Shown one piece after another: positions 8,675-17,799 of a DNA stretch of 64,000 nt. Source of the DNA: Clostridia bacterium (GTDB lineage: Bacteria > Bacillota > Peptococcia > Peptococcales > BICA1-8); contig JAAXZE010000007.1 of the NCBI GenBank assembly GCA_012720075.1, positions 465 through 64,464 on the forward strand. The letters are read 5' to 3'. Within the stretch, counting starts at the first letter, position 1, and every line of letters begins with the position of its first letter. The notes below the pieces were generated by a model. It did no database searches. It saw only the letters and a program-made list of their open reading frames with translations, and was not told the origin of the DNA. Both the position numbers and the translations under genes were made by a program.

Positions 8675-9548
8675 TTTTCGCTATACCCTCCGGGATGCAT
8701 TTCGTTCTATACGGCGTCATAAAAGCATGGCTTTTGCCTCGGTGTTTACTATTGCCATTTCTTTATTTGTTTTAGGAAGTACTCTGCTGTTGGTTGTCAA
8801 CAGCCAAAACTTGGTTTCGGAAATGGAATCCCAGGTTGAAATAAGTGTTTTTTTACACTTGGATGTTGACCGTAAAGATGCCTTGGCTTTGCAGAAAGAT
8901 ATTGAAAAGCTTCCCGGCTTTGATTCTCTGGAATTTATTCCTAAAGAAAAAGCTCTGGCAAATATGCAAAATAGATTTGGCCAGGATACTGATTTATTAG
9001 GAGCATTAGGAGGGAATAACCCTTTGCCTGATTCCTACAGAATTAAAGCCCAAAGCTCCGACAAGGTAACCGCCTTGGCCAAAGAATTAGAAAAGTTTCC
9101 TGAAGTGGAAAGTATAAGTTATGGAAAAGAATGGGTTGATAAACTGGTATCTTTTACCGTTATGGTAAAAAACGTAGGACTGGCGGTAATACTGGGTATG
9201 TTGATTGCCGGTTTGTTCTTAATTACAACAACTATTCGCTTGACGGTATTTGCCCGGAAAAAAGAAATCGGCATTATGAAATACGTTGGTGCTACCAACT
9301 GGTTTATTCGTTTCCCCTTTTTTTTGGAAGGCATGCTGATTGGTTTCTTAGGGGCTGTAGCCGCCGGTATAGTAATATATTTTGGTTATGGTGCGGCTAT
9401 TAACTATTGTCTGAAAACCATACCTTTTATCCCGGTGGTTGCCGATTATGACCTGTTGTTCCGTATCGTAGGACTGTTAATTCTGGGAGGAACCGTTATT
9501 GGAGCAATGGGTAGCGTAATTGCGGTCCGCAAGTATTTAAAGGTATAA
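8661..9548 (+). CDS. ftsX: Cell division permease-like protein FtsX
   Basis: 295 aa, one N-terminal TM, an extracellular domain and 3 C-terminal TMs. Translationally coupled to ftsE. Confidence 0.9.
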   Translation: MAFSSFRYTLRDAFRSIRRHKSMAFASVFTIAISLFVLGSTLLLVVNSQNLVSEMESQVEISVFLHLDVDRKDALALQKDIEKLPGFDSLEFIPKEKALANMQNRFGQDTDLLGALGGNNPLPDSYRIKAQSSDKVTALAKELEKFPEVESISYGKEWVDKLVSFTVMVKNVGLAVILGMLIAGLFLITTTIRLTVFARKKEIGIMKYVGATNWFIRFPFFLEGMLIGFLGAVAAGIVIYFGYGAAINYCLKTIPFIPVVADYDLLFRIVGLLILGGTVIGAMGSVIAVRKYLKV

Positions 9549-9556
9549 ACCTATGG

Positions 9557-9584
9557 GACCATAAAAGCTAAAGTAGCTACAGGG
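9557..9584 (+). repeat. Isolated copy of the terminal repeat module (GACCATAAAAGCTAAAGTAGCTACAGGG)
   Basis: Aligns with 20260-20288 (GACCCTAAAAGATGACCCACTAGCTACAGG) and contains the GTAGCTAC palindrome. Confidence 0.55.
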
Positions 9585-9640
9585 CCAAAGTTCTGACTAA
9601 CAGCTTTTAGTTCAACGCTGATGAAACTTTGCCAGGATTA

Positions 9641-9665
9641 AAAAAGGCCGTGGGGCCTTTTTTTA
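9641..9665 (+). terminator. Intrinsic terminator after ftsX
   Basis: AAAAAGGCC-GTGG-GGCCTTTTTTT. Confidence 0.8.
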
Positions 9666-9803
9666 TTCCCATCAATTGGTTGTATTAGACCGGACAATGG
9701 GTTAGTATATATATTATTAAATTAATTATTTTGCTAACAATAGAAGATGGTTAGGGTTCCTGTTTTTCTCTTTTCTGACTTGATTTCTAAAAAGGATGGG
9801 TAG

Positions 9804-10976
9804 GTGGCAGGGTTGGATAATGGAAAAAAAAGAATTTGGCAATTTATTGTTACGGTTTTAATATTGATTAGCTTCACAGTAACCTCTTTAGTTGGATTTT
9901 TATTTATCACCAATTTTAAAAACATTGGTCAGCTTATTCAGGTAGGTGCCTTGATTAAAGCTAATTTTTTATGGCCTGTTTCAATAGATGACCTGATTGA
10001 AGGGGCTATTGAAGGAATGGTCAATTCACTGGGAGACAGCTATTCGGTCTACCTGGATCCCCAGGAATTTAAGCAGTTGCAGTCTCATATTCAAGGGGAA
10101 TTTGGCGGTATCGGCATCTATGTCGGCCTCCGGGACAATAAAATTACGGTGGTTGCTCCAATAGAGGGAACTCCCGGCGCTAAAGCCGGAATAAAATCGG
10201 GAGATATAATTGTAAAGATAAACGATAAACCAACGGAAAACATGGATGTTGATCAGGCCGTAGCCATAATGAAAGGTGAGCCGGGCACGGAAGTCAAATT
10301 GACTGTTTACAGGCCCGGGCAGAATGAATATTTGGACTTTAATATTATCAGAGAAATTATTAATGTTCCCACCGTTGAGGGAGATTTATTGGAGGAAAAT
10401 CCCGATATAGCTTATATTAAGATTTCGATGTTTACAACCAATACCGACGAAGACTTTGCGGAGGAACTGAAAAAACTATGGGATAGAGGCTTTAAGGCAT
10501 TGATTATCGATTTGCGTTACAACCCCGGCGGTGACCTTCAAACCGTTGTGAATGTTGCCGGGCAGCTAATTCCGGAAGGCCCTGTTGTCCATATTGTTTC
10601 CAATGATAATAAAACCCAAACTTTAACTGCTCCCGGAAACAATATTAAAGTACCTATGGTGGTATTAATAAATGAAGGCAGCGCCAGTGCTTCGGAAATT
10701 TTAGCCGGGGCCATCAAGGACACCGGTGTAGGCAAACTGGTAGGCACCACCACTTTTGGGAAGGGCATTGTTCAATCCATCTATTTCTTGAATGAAGGCG
10801 CGGGTTTAAAACTTACCACTGCCAAATATTTGACGCCTAATAAAAATGATATTCACGGTAAGGGCATTGAGCCTGATATAGTTGTTCAATTACCGGAATA
10901 TATTCCCGGCCGTGAGGAAGAATTTCAGGATACCCAATTGTTAAAGGCCATCCAAGTGCTGGAAGAGCAAATCTAA
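9804..10976 (+). CDS. ctpA: Carboxy-terminal processing protease (peptidase S41, PDZ domain)
   Basis: N-terminal TM, PDZ (GIKSGDIIVKIND), catalytic Ser region NEGSASASE and Lys region TFGKG. Confidence 0.9.
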   Translation: MAGLDNGKKRIWQFIVTVLILISFTVTSLVGFLFITNFKNIGQLIQVGALIKANFLWPVSIDDLIEGAIEGMVNSLGDSYSVYLDPQEFKQLQSHIQGEFGGIGIYVGLRDNKITVVAPIEGTPGAKAGIKSGDIIVKINDKPTENMDVDQAVAIMKGEPGTEVKLTVYRPGQNEYLDFNIIREIINVPTVEGDLLEENPDIAYIKISMFTTNTDEDFAEELKKLWDRGFKALIIDLRYNPGGDLQTVVNVAGQLIPEGPVVHIVSNDNKTQTLTAPGNNIKVPMVVLINEGSASASEILAGAIKDTGVGKLVGTTTFGKGIVQSIYFLNEGAGLKLTTAKYLTPNKNDIHGKGIEPDIVVQLPEYIPGREEEFQDTQLLKAIQVLEEQI

Positions 10977-10994
10977 TTTAAAGAGCTTCAAAAT

Positions 10995-11148
10995 CTGTAG
11001 CTACAGTTATTAAGGTTAAGGTTTCGCTGCGCTAGGTTAAAGGTTGAGGTTAGAATACAAAAACGTGACATTGTGTCACCGTGCCATCGTGACATCGATT
11101 TTCAGTTGGGAAAGTTGGAATGTAATTCTCAACTCTCCATTCTCAATT
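10995..11148. repeat. Composite intergenic repeat, module order C-B(rc)-A-E-D(rc)
   Basis: CTGTAGCTACAG palindrome at 10995-11006. B module at 11010-11052. A module at 11062-11098, nearly identical to 1508-1545. D module at 11125-11148 is the reverse complement of 17671-17699. Confidence 0.85.
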
Positions 11149-11193
11149 ATTTCTTCTATAGCCACCAGCCAATCCAGAAGGGGGAGCTCTTTA

Positions 11194-12435
11194 TTGGTTT
11201 TTTTAAAGCTTATCCCTATGATTTTTTATAATCTTATATCCCTTTTTGGCCAGCCTATTTTTTGGCTTGTTGTGTTTATTATTTGGTTTCAGTTTAGGCG
11301 AATGGCTAAAATGAAGAGTGAGTTTTTTAATGTGCCGGAAGAAAGTGTACTCCGCCCTACCATTATTGCCACTGCTTTTGGAATTCTTGGCGGAGTGATT
11401 GGGAGTTTTGTCCTGGTTTTTGTAGGGGTTTCCGTCTTAGAGGTAGGGATTCAGTATCTGTGGGTGTTGGCTATTCTTTTTATGCTTATTGATCAGAGGT
11501 TTATGTGTTTTGCATATGCAGGGGGCATGGCCTCCATAGTAAACTATTTTTTTGGTTATCCCAATATCAGCATTCCCCAGGTTATGGCTTTAGTAGCAGT
11601 TCTTCATTTAGTGGAAGCATTGCTCATATTGTTAAGCGGGCATTTGGGCGCGGTGCCCATTTATGCCAAAAGTAAAGACGGCAGGCTGGTAGGGGGCTTT
11701 AATCTACAAAAATTTTGGCCCTTGCCTATAGTTGCTATGGTGGCTGTAATAGTTCCTGAAACAAATATTTTTTCTGATGTGATTAAAATGCCGGAATGGT
11801 GGCCCTTGATCAAGTCCAATCTGCCTGCCGACAACGACAACCTGCTTTACATGATGGTTCCTGTTATTGCCGGCCTTGGTTATGGAGATATCACCCTGAC
11901 TACCCATCCCCGGGAAAAAAGCCGTTATTCTGCTTTTTTCCTGGCTGTGTTTAGTATTATTCTTTTAGGGCTGGCTGTACTTGCCGCTAATTATCCCCGG
12001 TTGGCCATTTTAGCCGCTCTATTTGGCCCATTAGGTCATGAATTGGTAATTTTTATTGGAAGATATCGAGAATTTTCCCGGGAGCCTAAATTTGTCAGTC
12101 CACCCCAAGGTATTATGGTTCTTGATGTCTTGACTTCTTCTCCCCTTAGTTCGGCCGGTATCGGACCAGGTGATATAATTTTGTCCATTAACGGGATGGA
12201 AGTAAATAACAGTAACGATCTGGAATATGCCCTCCTGTTTGCCGGAAGTACCATTGAAATCCAGTATTTTTCGGAGCAAAAGAAAGTACTAAAAACGAAA
12301 AACATTCAAGGCGTAATGCCCGGAAAACCTTTGGGTTTAATAATTGTTCCGGACAATTATGGTTTTTCTTATCTGGATATTTCCCGAGGAGAAGGATTTT
12401 TCAAAAGATTAATGAAAAAGTTAAAAGGCAAGTAA
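11194..12435 (+). CDS. Polytopic membrane protein with a C-terminal PDZ domain
   Basis: Multiple TM helices, then PDZ (GIGPGDIILSINGMEV). Listed ORF 11044 extends upstream across the repeat element. TTG 11194 lies 7 nt after GGGGGAG; ATG 11218 is an alternative start. Confidence 0.75.
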   Translation: MVFLKLIPMIFYNLISLFGQPIFWLVVFIIWFQFRRMAKMKSEFFNVPEESVLRPTIIATAFGILGGVIGSFVLVFVGVSVLEVGIQYLWVLAILFMLIDQRFMCFAYAGGMASIVNYFFGYPNISIPQVMALVAVLHLVEALLILLSGHLGAVPIYAKSKDGRLVGGFNLQKFWPLPIVAMVAVIVPETNIFSDVIKMPEWWPLIKSNLPADNDNLLYMMVPVIAGLGYGDITLTTHPREKSRYSAFFLAVFSIILLGLAVLAANYPRLAILAALFGPLGHELVIFIGRYREFSREPKFVSPPQGIMVLDVLTSSPLSSAGIGPGDIILSINGMEVNNSNDLEYALLFAGSTIEIQYFSEQKKVLKTKNIQGVMPGKPLGLIIVPDNYGFSYLDISRGEGFFKRLMKKLKGK

Positions 12436-12441
12436 AGCTGC

Positions 12442-12470
12442 AAAAAATCACCGGAAAGGTGATTTTTTTT
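12442..12470 (+). terminator. Intrinsic terminator
   Basis: AAAAAATCACC-GGAAA-GGTGATTTTTTTT. Confidence 0.85.
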
Positions 12471-12586
12471 GCACTTTTCACTTTAGTCCCAAATAGGATA
12501 TAAAGGAAAATTACTCTCAGGAACATGGATAATCCGATATCCTAAGCCAAGTAAAGCCTGAAGCAACGGGCTTGCCTGAAGTTTAG

Positions 12587-13639
12587 TTGACTTATCGGAA
12601 ATTAAAGGAAAAAGGGGTGAAAATATTGGCTTTGCTCGTAGGTCGAAAAATTGAGTATTTTCTTTCCAGCCATTCGGGTGGGGGGCTAGTTACCTTTATA
12701 AATGACATGTGGCGCTTCTGTCAAAAAAAAGTTTTACTCGCCGGTGGTACTGATCAGATTCGTTCCAGAATTATTCGGAATGTTATTATAGAACTTCAAG
12801 ACAGGGGATATGATGTTGAAATAATCCATGGAACCTTAAACCCCGATATCCTGGAGGGAATTATCGTTCCCAAACTGGACTTGGCTTTAATTAGCGACAA
12901 TCCTCATTGGGAAGTAAAACTTAAAGAGGGCATAATAAATCTGGACCAATATCGTGATAATGAGAAATATCAGATTTATAAAAGCAAAATTCATGACCTG
13001 TATGAGCAGATAAACATGAATTTGGAACTGGCTTGGGATCAGTTGCAGCAGTTGCAGCAAAAATTCAGGGAAAAGTGTGACCAAGGTTGGGAACCGGATG
13101 GCAGGCATGCATTATATGTGGCTGAAAAAATTTTAGAAGCCCTTTTTTCGGTGGACGAAGGAAGAATTAATCATCGTTTTGGGCAGATTTTAACCTGTCG
13201 GGGACTAACTTCTTATTATCCCCAACTCTTGGCCAATTGCTCAACCAAATATTACCTTAACGGGGTAAAATATTTTAGTGGCAGCGGAATATTAAAACTG
13301 GTTACCCGGGAAGCGGTTTTAAAGGGATTGACGGTTGATGTTTATCATAATTTTCTGGAACCGGAACTGGTGGAACTTATTATTTTGGCCGATGCCAATT
13401 TAGCCCTGGCCATTAGACCTTTTGAACAGGGTTTTCAGCCCCTTTTGAAATATGAAAATATTCCTACGGTTAGTGAATCTGATTATTATTTGCAAGAAGA
13501 AGATTTTCAAGGTGTGCTTAATTTATTGGCTGAAACAGAAGGACTTTATGATCAATGCGCTGTTTTTTACCACGAAACCCTTGATTTTAAAGAAATAAGT
13601 AATTTGGAGGAGGGGCTCAAAGGGGAAATACTTGCTTGA
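12587..13639 (+). CDS. Hypothetical protein resembling the duplicated-P-loop ATPase family of Firmicutes (PRK06851-like), but with both Walker A motifs degenerate
   Basis: GYDVEIIHGTLNPDILEGIIVPKLDLALISDNPH matches my memory of the family core (GYD.E..HC..DP.SLDG..IPEL). The positions expected to read GxxGxGKS read LAGGTDQIRS and NGVKYFSGSG. Start is uncertain (TTG 12587 or GTG 12617). Confidence 0.55.
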   Translation: MTYRKLKEKGVKILALLVGRKIEYFLSSHSGGGLVTFINDMWRFCQKKVLLAGGTDQIRSRIIRNVIIELQDRGYDVEIIHGTLNPDILEGIIVPKLDLALISDNPHWEVKLKEGIINLDQYRDNEKYQIYKSKIHDLYEQINMNLELAWDQLQQLQQKFREKCDQGWEPDGRHALYVAEKILEALFSVDEGRINHRFGQILTCRGLTSYYPQLLANCSTKYYLNGVKYFSGSGILKLVTREAVLKGLTVDVYHNFLEPELVELIILADANLALAIRPFEQGFQPLLKYENIPTVSESDYYLQEEDFQGVLNLLAETEGLYDQCAVFYHETLDFKEISNLEEGLKGEILA

Positions 13640-13738
13640 AAATAACTATATTTTTGTTATCAGGTTAAACTATAAAAAGCGGAGCTTAAAAAGGAGAAAT
13701 GGGTTTAGTACTTTGGACAAAAGGGATTGATAAGTGAA

Positions 13739-14179
13739 ATGGGAACACTTCTACTGGGTACCGGAAATGAAATATGCGGTGATGATGGAATAGCTGCGGC
13801 AATTATCAGGGAAATAACAAAAAATCCTTTGCCAAGAGATATAAGAATAACATTTATAGGTACCGATCCTTTCTCCGTCTTAAACCAGGAGTTAATGGAT
13901 TTCCGGCGGATAATTGTTATTGATGGCATAAATACCGGGGGATCATGTGGGGATTCATATTTTATCCCCGGTGAGAAACTAATGTTTAGAGAACGGCCTT
14001 ATTCGATCCATGATATAACCTGGTTGGAGGTGCTGGCAATGGCCGGAGTTTTGTCAAAAACCTGGCTGTTTGCTGTTGAAACCGATACTTTAAATTTCGG
14101 TGAAGGGCTGAGCCCTGTTTTGAGGGGAAAACTAAGTCTTTACGCAGCAAAACTACGTAGGCTTATATGCACTTTTTGA
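13739..14179 (+). CDS. [NiFe] hydrogenase maturation endopeptidase (HyaD/HybD family)
   Basis: MGTLLLGTGNEICGDDGIAAAI matches the family N-terminus (GxGNxxxxDDGxG). Listed ORF starts 4 codons earlier at TTG 13727. Confidence 0.8.
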   Translation: MGTLLLGTGNEICGDDGIAAAIIREITKNPLPRDIRITFIGTDPFSVLNQELMDFRRIIVIDGINTGGSCGDSYFIPGEKLMFRERPYSIHDITWLEVLAMAGVLSKTWLFAVETDTLNFGEGLSPVLRGKLSLYAAKLRRLICTF

Positions 14180-14211
14180 ATACCGTTGGCCCGGCCGGTT
14201 AGCCGCTGGAA

Positions 14212-14841
14212 TTATTTTCTGGCGTAACCGGTAAAAATACTCTGCAGTTTGGCGGGGTCTTCGGTAAGGGCAAGATAAACATGGATAGGAATTGAGGCGA
14301 TAAAGAGCCAGGTGATTAGATAATGAACCTGGCGAATTTTATTTAACCCTCCCCAGAGTTTGATTATTGCTCCAAAGGTATCAGGAAAAAACAATAATAA
14401 CCCGGTAAAAATCTGGAGCAGTATTAGTAAAAACCAGGTGGAAAAAACTGCTTTATGTCCGGGATTATATTTGCCATAATACCCGTGGTTTTTCTTCAAG
14501 AAAAAAATATACCTTAAAAAGTCGGGGATAAACCTGAGGTCCCTCCGGCCCAGTATTATTTCACGGTAATGTTCGGTCCTTAAGCTGTAATAAACGTAAA
14601 CCAAAGTGTTGGCTATTAGGAGAAAATTAAAGACACCTTTAATATTTTTTATTGTTGAAAAAGAGTGTTCCAAAAATCTGGGGTAATGGAGATACATTCC
14701 GCAAATAATTAAAATCATGATAATGAAAAACTGGGTCCAATGCAAGATTCTGACCGGTAATGGGTGAAGTTGAACAAGGGCAGTGTCTATTTGTGGACCG
14801 GTGGGCCGGTGAGCAAACATTCTTTTTGTGGTATCAGACAT
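14212..14841 (-). CDS. [NiFe] hydrogenase b-type cytochrome subunit
   Basis: RILHWTQFFIIMILIICGMYLH plus three further TM helices with conserved His residues. ATG 14841 follows GGAGGAG; the listed ORF 14212..14985 upstream extension is not credible. Confidence 0.8.
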   Translation of the reverse strand: MSDTTKRMFAHRPTGPQIDTALVQLHPLPVRILHWTQFFIIMILIICGMYLHYPRFLEHSFSTIKNIKGVFNFLLIANTLVYVYYSLRTEHYREIILGRRDLRFIPDFLRYIFFLKKNHGYYGKYNPGHKAVFSTWFLLILLQIFTGLLLFFPDTFGAIIKLWGGLNKIRQVHYLITWLFIASIPIHVYLALTEDPAKLQSIFTGYARK

Positions 14842-14914
14842 GTATTTCTCCTCCCCAAAAAAATCTGTAGATACTTTAGCACCAGTAGAACTGTAGGAGT
14901 TCTGCGGTAGTCGA

Positions 14915-16320
14915 CTAAATCCTGTATTTACCCAAAGTTCGGTCTCCTTTAACCACATGGACGGCGCAAGAAAAACAAGGGTCAAAGGAGCGAATTACCC
15001 GCCCCACTTCAATCAGGCTGTCCATATTATTTATCGGTGTACCTATTAATGCTTTTTCTACAGGACCAGGGTTATCTTTACCGTCCCTGGGGGAGAAATT
15101 CCAGGCGCTGGGAGTTACTACCTGGTAATGGGCAATCCGGCCGTTTTTTATTTTTACCCAATGGCCTAAAGGCCCCCGCATGGAATCAATTAATCCTGTA
15201 CCTTCGGTCTCAGACAAAGGTTCATATTTTTTTAGTGAACCTTGGTTTATGTTTAGGTCTTCCAGCCAGGTAAACATGCCTTTTACAATTTCCCTTAGCT
15301 CTAGAGCCCGGGCAATGTTCCGGTCATTGACAGATACTCCCCTTCGATATATACCGTTAATCCAGAGACGGGCCAAGGGCCCTCCCTCAAATGGCTTATC
15401 CTGATAACGGGGGGCTTTAATCCAGGAATAAGCTCCCGGTTTTTGGTCGTCGGGGATGGTTTTTTCCTCATATGGATGACGGCCTGTATCCACTTCTTGA
15501 TAAAAGGAATTTGTTACTTCTTCGGTTATAAGTTTTGGCTCAATGCTTTTAGCTTCCTGAGAAAAATTTTCCGCAAAACCCGGTTTAAGCAAAGGTGATT
15601 TGTTATCGGTCAGGGGAAACATGCCATAGGTTATTAGGTTGCCGTAACCTTTGCCGATTTCATAATAATCGGGGTAATATTGGGCTACTGTATAGACGTC
15701 AGGAATATATTTTTCTTCCACAAAGGTTTGGATTTCTTTAAGGATGGAGAAAAACATATTTATTTTTTCAGCATTAGGTTTTTCCGCTATTCCGCCGGGC
15801 AAAATGGTTTGCTGATGGGGGCTTTGGCTCCCCAGATGGCCACCAACTGGTGGGCCTTGGCGCTTAAATGGATGGCAAGCCAGTAATTTTCGAACAGTGT
15901 TTTTTCAATATTGGGAGGAATTCGATAATCACCGGGCATTAACGGACGAAAAGGCGATGTTTCCGGACCCCGGGCATAATCGGGTAAAGTCAAGATATAA
16001 AACTGGCGCAGATGATTCTGGATAAAATCCGCCCCTACTATCAGGTTGCGAAGGAGGTAACCGTTATGGGCCGGGCTTATCCGGTATGCATCTTCTAAAG
16101 CTAAGGTACTGGCAAGGGCATGGGCAGTGGAACAAATACCGCATATTCTCTGAGAATAAAGGGGAGCATCCAAGGGGTGACGGTTTTCAAGCATTAGTTC
16201 AAATCCCCGGAATAAAGGGCTGTTAACCCAGGCATCGGTAATCACACCGTTATATACTTCTACTTCAACTTCCAAAGGTTCGTGGATTCTGGTTAGAGGA
16301 AAAACCTTTTTTTTCACCAC
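14915..16320 (-). pseudogene. [NiFe] hydrogenase large subunit, split by a 1-nt frameshift in a C5 (plus-strand G5) run at 15817-15821
   Basis: ORF 15787..16320 carries the N-terminal ligand motif RICGICSTAH. ORF 14915..15802 carries the C-terminal DPCFSCAVH plus a cleavable tail. The conserved GAKAPHQQTILPGG is recovered only by shifting -1 after GCC CCC. Confidence 0.8.
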
Positions 16321-17604
16321 TTATTTCTCAGTCCTTTTTCTTTTCCAAAATTTCAATTTGTACAACAAGGAATTATTCCTTTTGGCTAATACTTTGTTTA
16401 AATCTTTTTGCAGGGTTTTTTGGGTATGCAGTATCTCCTCCAGTTTATCCATTACTAATTCCTGGCTGACTTCATTTTTTAACTCGGAAGTCTTTGAAGT
16501 TAGAGAATGAAGAATAATTTCTTCTACAGTAACCTTTTCGCCGGGGCCGGGCTCCTGCAATTGGGTGCCTTTAATTAAATTTCTACCCAATCTTCCGGTA
16601 ACAACGGAGCCGATGGCGTGGGCCGTGATACCCAAGGCTGCCATACCTCCAATGGCGGCCCCTACCTTTTCCACATGGGTTTTGCCCCAAGGTAAATAGG
16701 TATCCGGTAAATGTTTGAAATAGGGCATCATACCATCGGGGAAATGAGGACTGGCACAACCAATGCAGGGAACTCCCGCTTCAACGGGCCAGTTAACATG
16801 GTTGTTCCACTGGCGGATGGGGCAATCGGCATAAGTGACCGGTCCTTTGCAGCCGATTTTATAGAAACAGCCTTCATCCCCAGGATATTGGGCAAATTTT
16901 CCATCATTAAAATCGGAACGCCTGTTGCACAGGTCGTGGATGGTTTTGCCGAAAAACATGGTCGGGGAATTATAATCGTTTAATTCAGGCTCACCGTACA
17001 TTATAAGGTGGGCCAGAGTACCGATCATCCAATCGGGATGGGAGGGACAGCCCGGGATGTTAATAACTTTGCGGTCCAGTACTTCGGAAACGGCAACGGC
17101 TTTGGAAGGGTTGGGGTAAGCAGCACCCGGTCCGCCAAAGGCGGCACAATCACCTACGGCCATGACATATTTGGCATGGGGAGCCAGCTCTTTTAAAAGT
17201 TCGATGCCCGGTATCAGACGGCCTTTTCGTTCCATTACCAAGTTGTATCTTCCTTTATCTCGGGTAACTACGGAACCTTCTATTATTAAAATGAACCGGC
17301 CGGAGTCATTTTCCACTGTTCTTTGCAAATTCTCAATGGCCAAGTCCCCTTGGGACTGCATAAATAACCAGTGGTAGCGAAGGTCGATCATTTCTAAAAG
17401 CAGTTTTTTTAAGTCCGGGTCGAAAGTATTATCCAGTGAGATGGTTTCTCCGGTACAAGAGCCCAATTCAAGCCAGATCACCGGTGTTCGGTCTATTTCC
17501 CCTTGGGCTAAGGCCGCAAAAACCGGTGACTTTAAAAGACCGGCCAAACTTATCCCCATAGTGGTTTGCATACATAGTTTTATAAATTCTCTTCTACTTA
17601 GCAC
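16321..17604 (-). CDS. [NiFe] hydrogenase small subunit, Tat-exported, with an unusually long C-terminal tail
   Basis: Twin-arginine signal MLSRREFIK. FeS cysteine clusters (GSCTGE, GDCAAFGG, CPIRQW..CIGC). TM anchor GAAIGGMAALGITAHAIGSVV, then about 85 charged residues. GTG start after GGGGAG. Confidence 0.9.
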   Translation of the reverse strand: MLSRREFIKLCMQTTMGISLAGLLKSPVFAALAQGEIDRTPVIWLELGSCTGETISLDNTFDPDLKKLLLEMIDLRYHWLFMQSQGDLAIENLQRTVENDSGRFILIIEGSVVTRDKGRYNLVMERKGRLIPGIELLKELAPHAKYVMAVGDCAAFGGPGAAYPNPSKAVAVSEVLDRKVINIPGCPSHPDWMIGTLAHLIMYGEPELNDYNSPTMFFGKTIHDLCNRRSDFNDGKFAQYPGDEGCFYKIGCKGPVTYADCPIRQWNNHVNWPVEAGVPCIGCASPHFPDGMMPYFKHLPDTYLPWGKTHVEKVGAAIGGMAALGITAHAIGSVVTGRLGRNLIKGTQLQEPGPGEKVTVEEIILHSLTSKTSELKNEVSQELVMDKLEEILHTQKTLQKDLNKVLAKRNNSLLYKLKFWKRKRTEK

Positions 17605-17630
17605 AATTTATTTCTCCCCGCCTAAAATAT

Positions 17631-17799
17631 TAGTGTTTTAGTGTGTGAGTGTGAAAGTGTGTAAGATTAGTTGAGAATTGAGAATGAGAGTTGAGAATGT
17701 TCCTTTCCACTTCTTCCAACAATCCATTTTTTCAGCTAAATATATTAACCTTAACCTAGTGAAGCGCAACCTTAACCTTAAAAAACTGTAGAACTGCAG
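17631..17799. repeat. Composite intergenic repeat, module order F-D-E-B-C, in the leader of the hydrogenase operon
   Basis: F GTGTGTGAGTGTGAAAGTGTGTAAG. D TTGAGAATTGAGAATGAGAGTTGAGAATG. B TTAACCTTAACCTAGTGAAGCGCAACCTTAACCTTA. C AAAAACTGTAGAACTGCAG. Collinear with the reverse complement of 10995-11148 apart from the missing A module. Confidence 0.85.

Noticed and set aside
11044-11193. N-terminal extensions of listed ORFs 11044, 23318, 25397, 25878, 53030 and 14212..14985.
   Set aside because: The extensions translate repeat elements, hairpins or the end of the upstream gene. Better SD-linked internal starts reproduce the normal family N-termini.
13699-13737. 12-codon mini-ORF (MGLVLWTKGIDK) ending TGAAATG at the hydrogenase protease start, as a possible translational-coupling leader.
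   Set aside because: The AAGGAG SD is only 2 nt from its ATG, which is too close. The ORF is tiny and there is no supporting evidence.
14915-16320. Selenocysteine ([NiFeSe]) or another recoding explanation for the split hydrogenase large subunit.
   Set aside because: The break is a reading-frame change in a homopolymer, not an in-frame TGA. The C-terminal ligand motif is DPCFSC with ordinary Cys codons.
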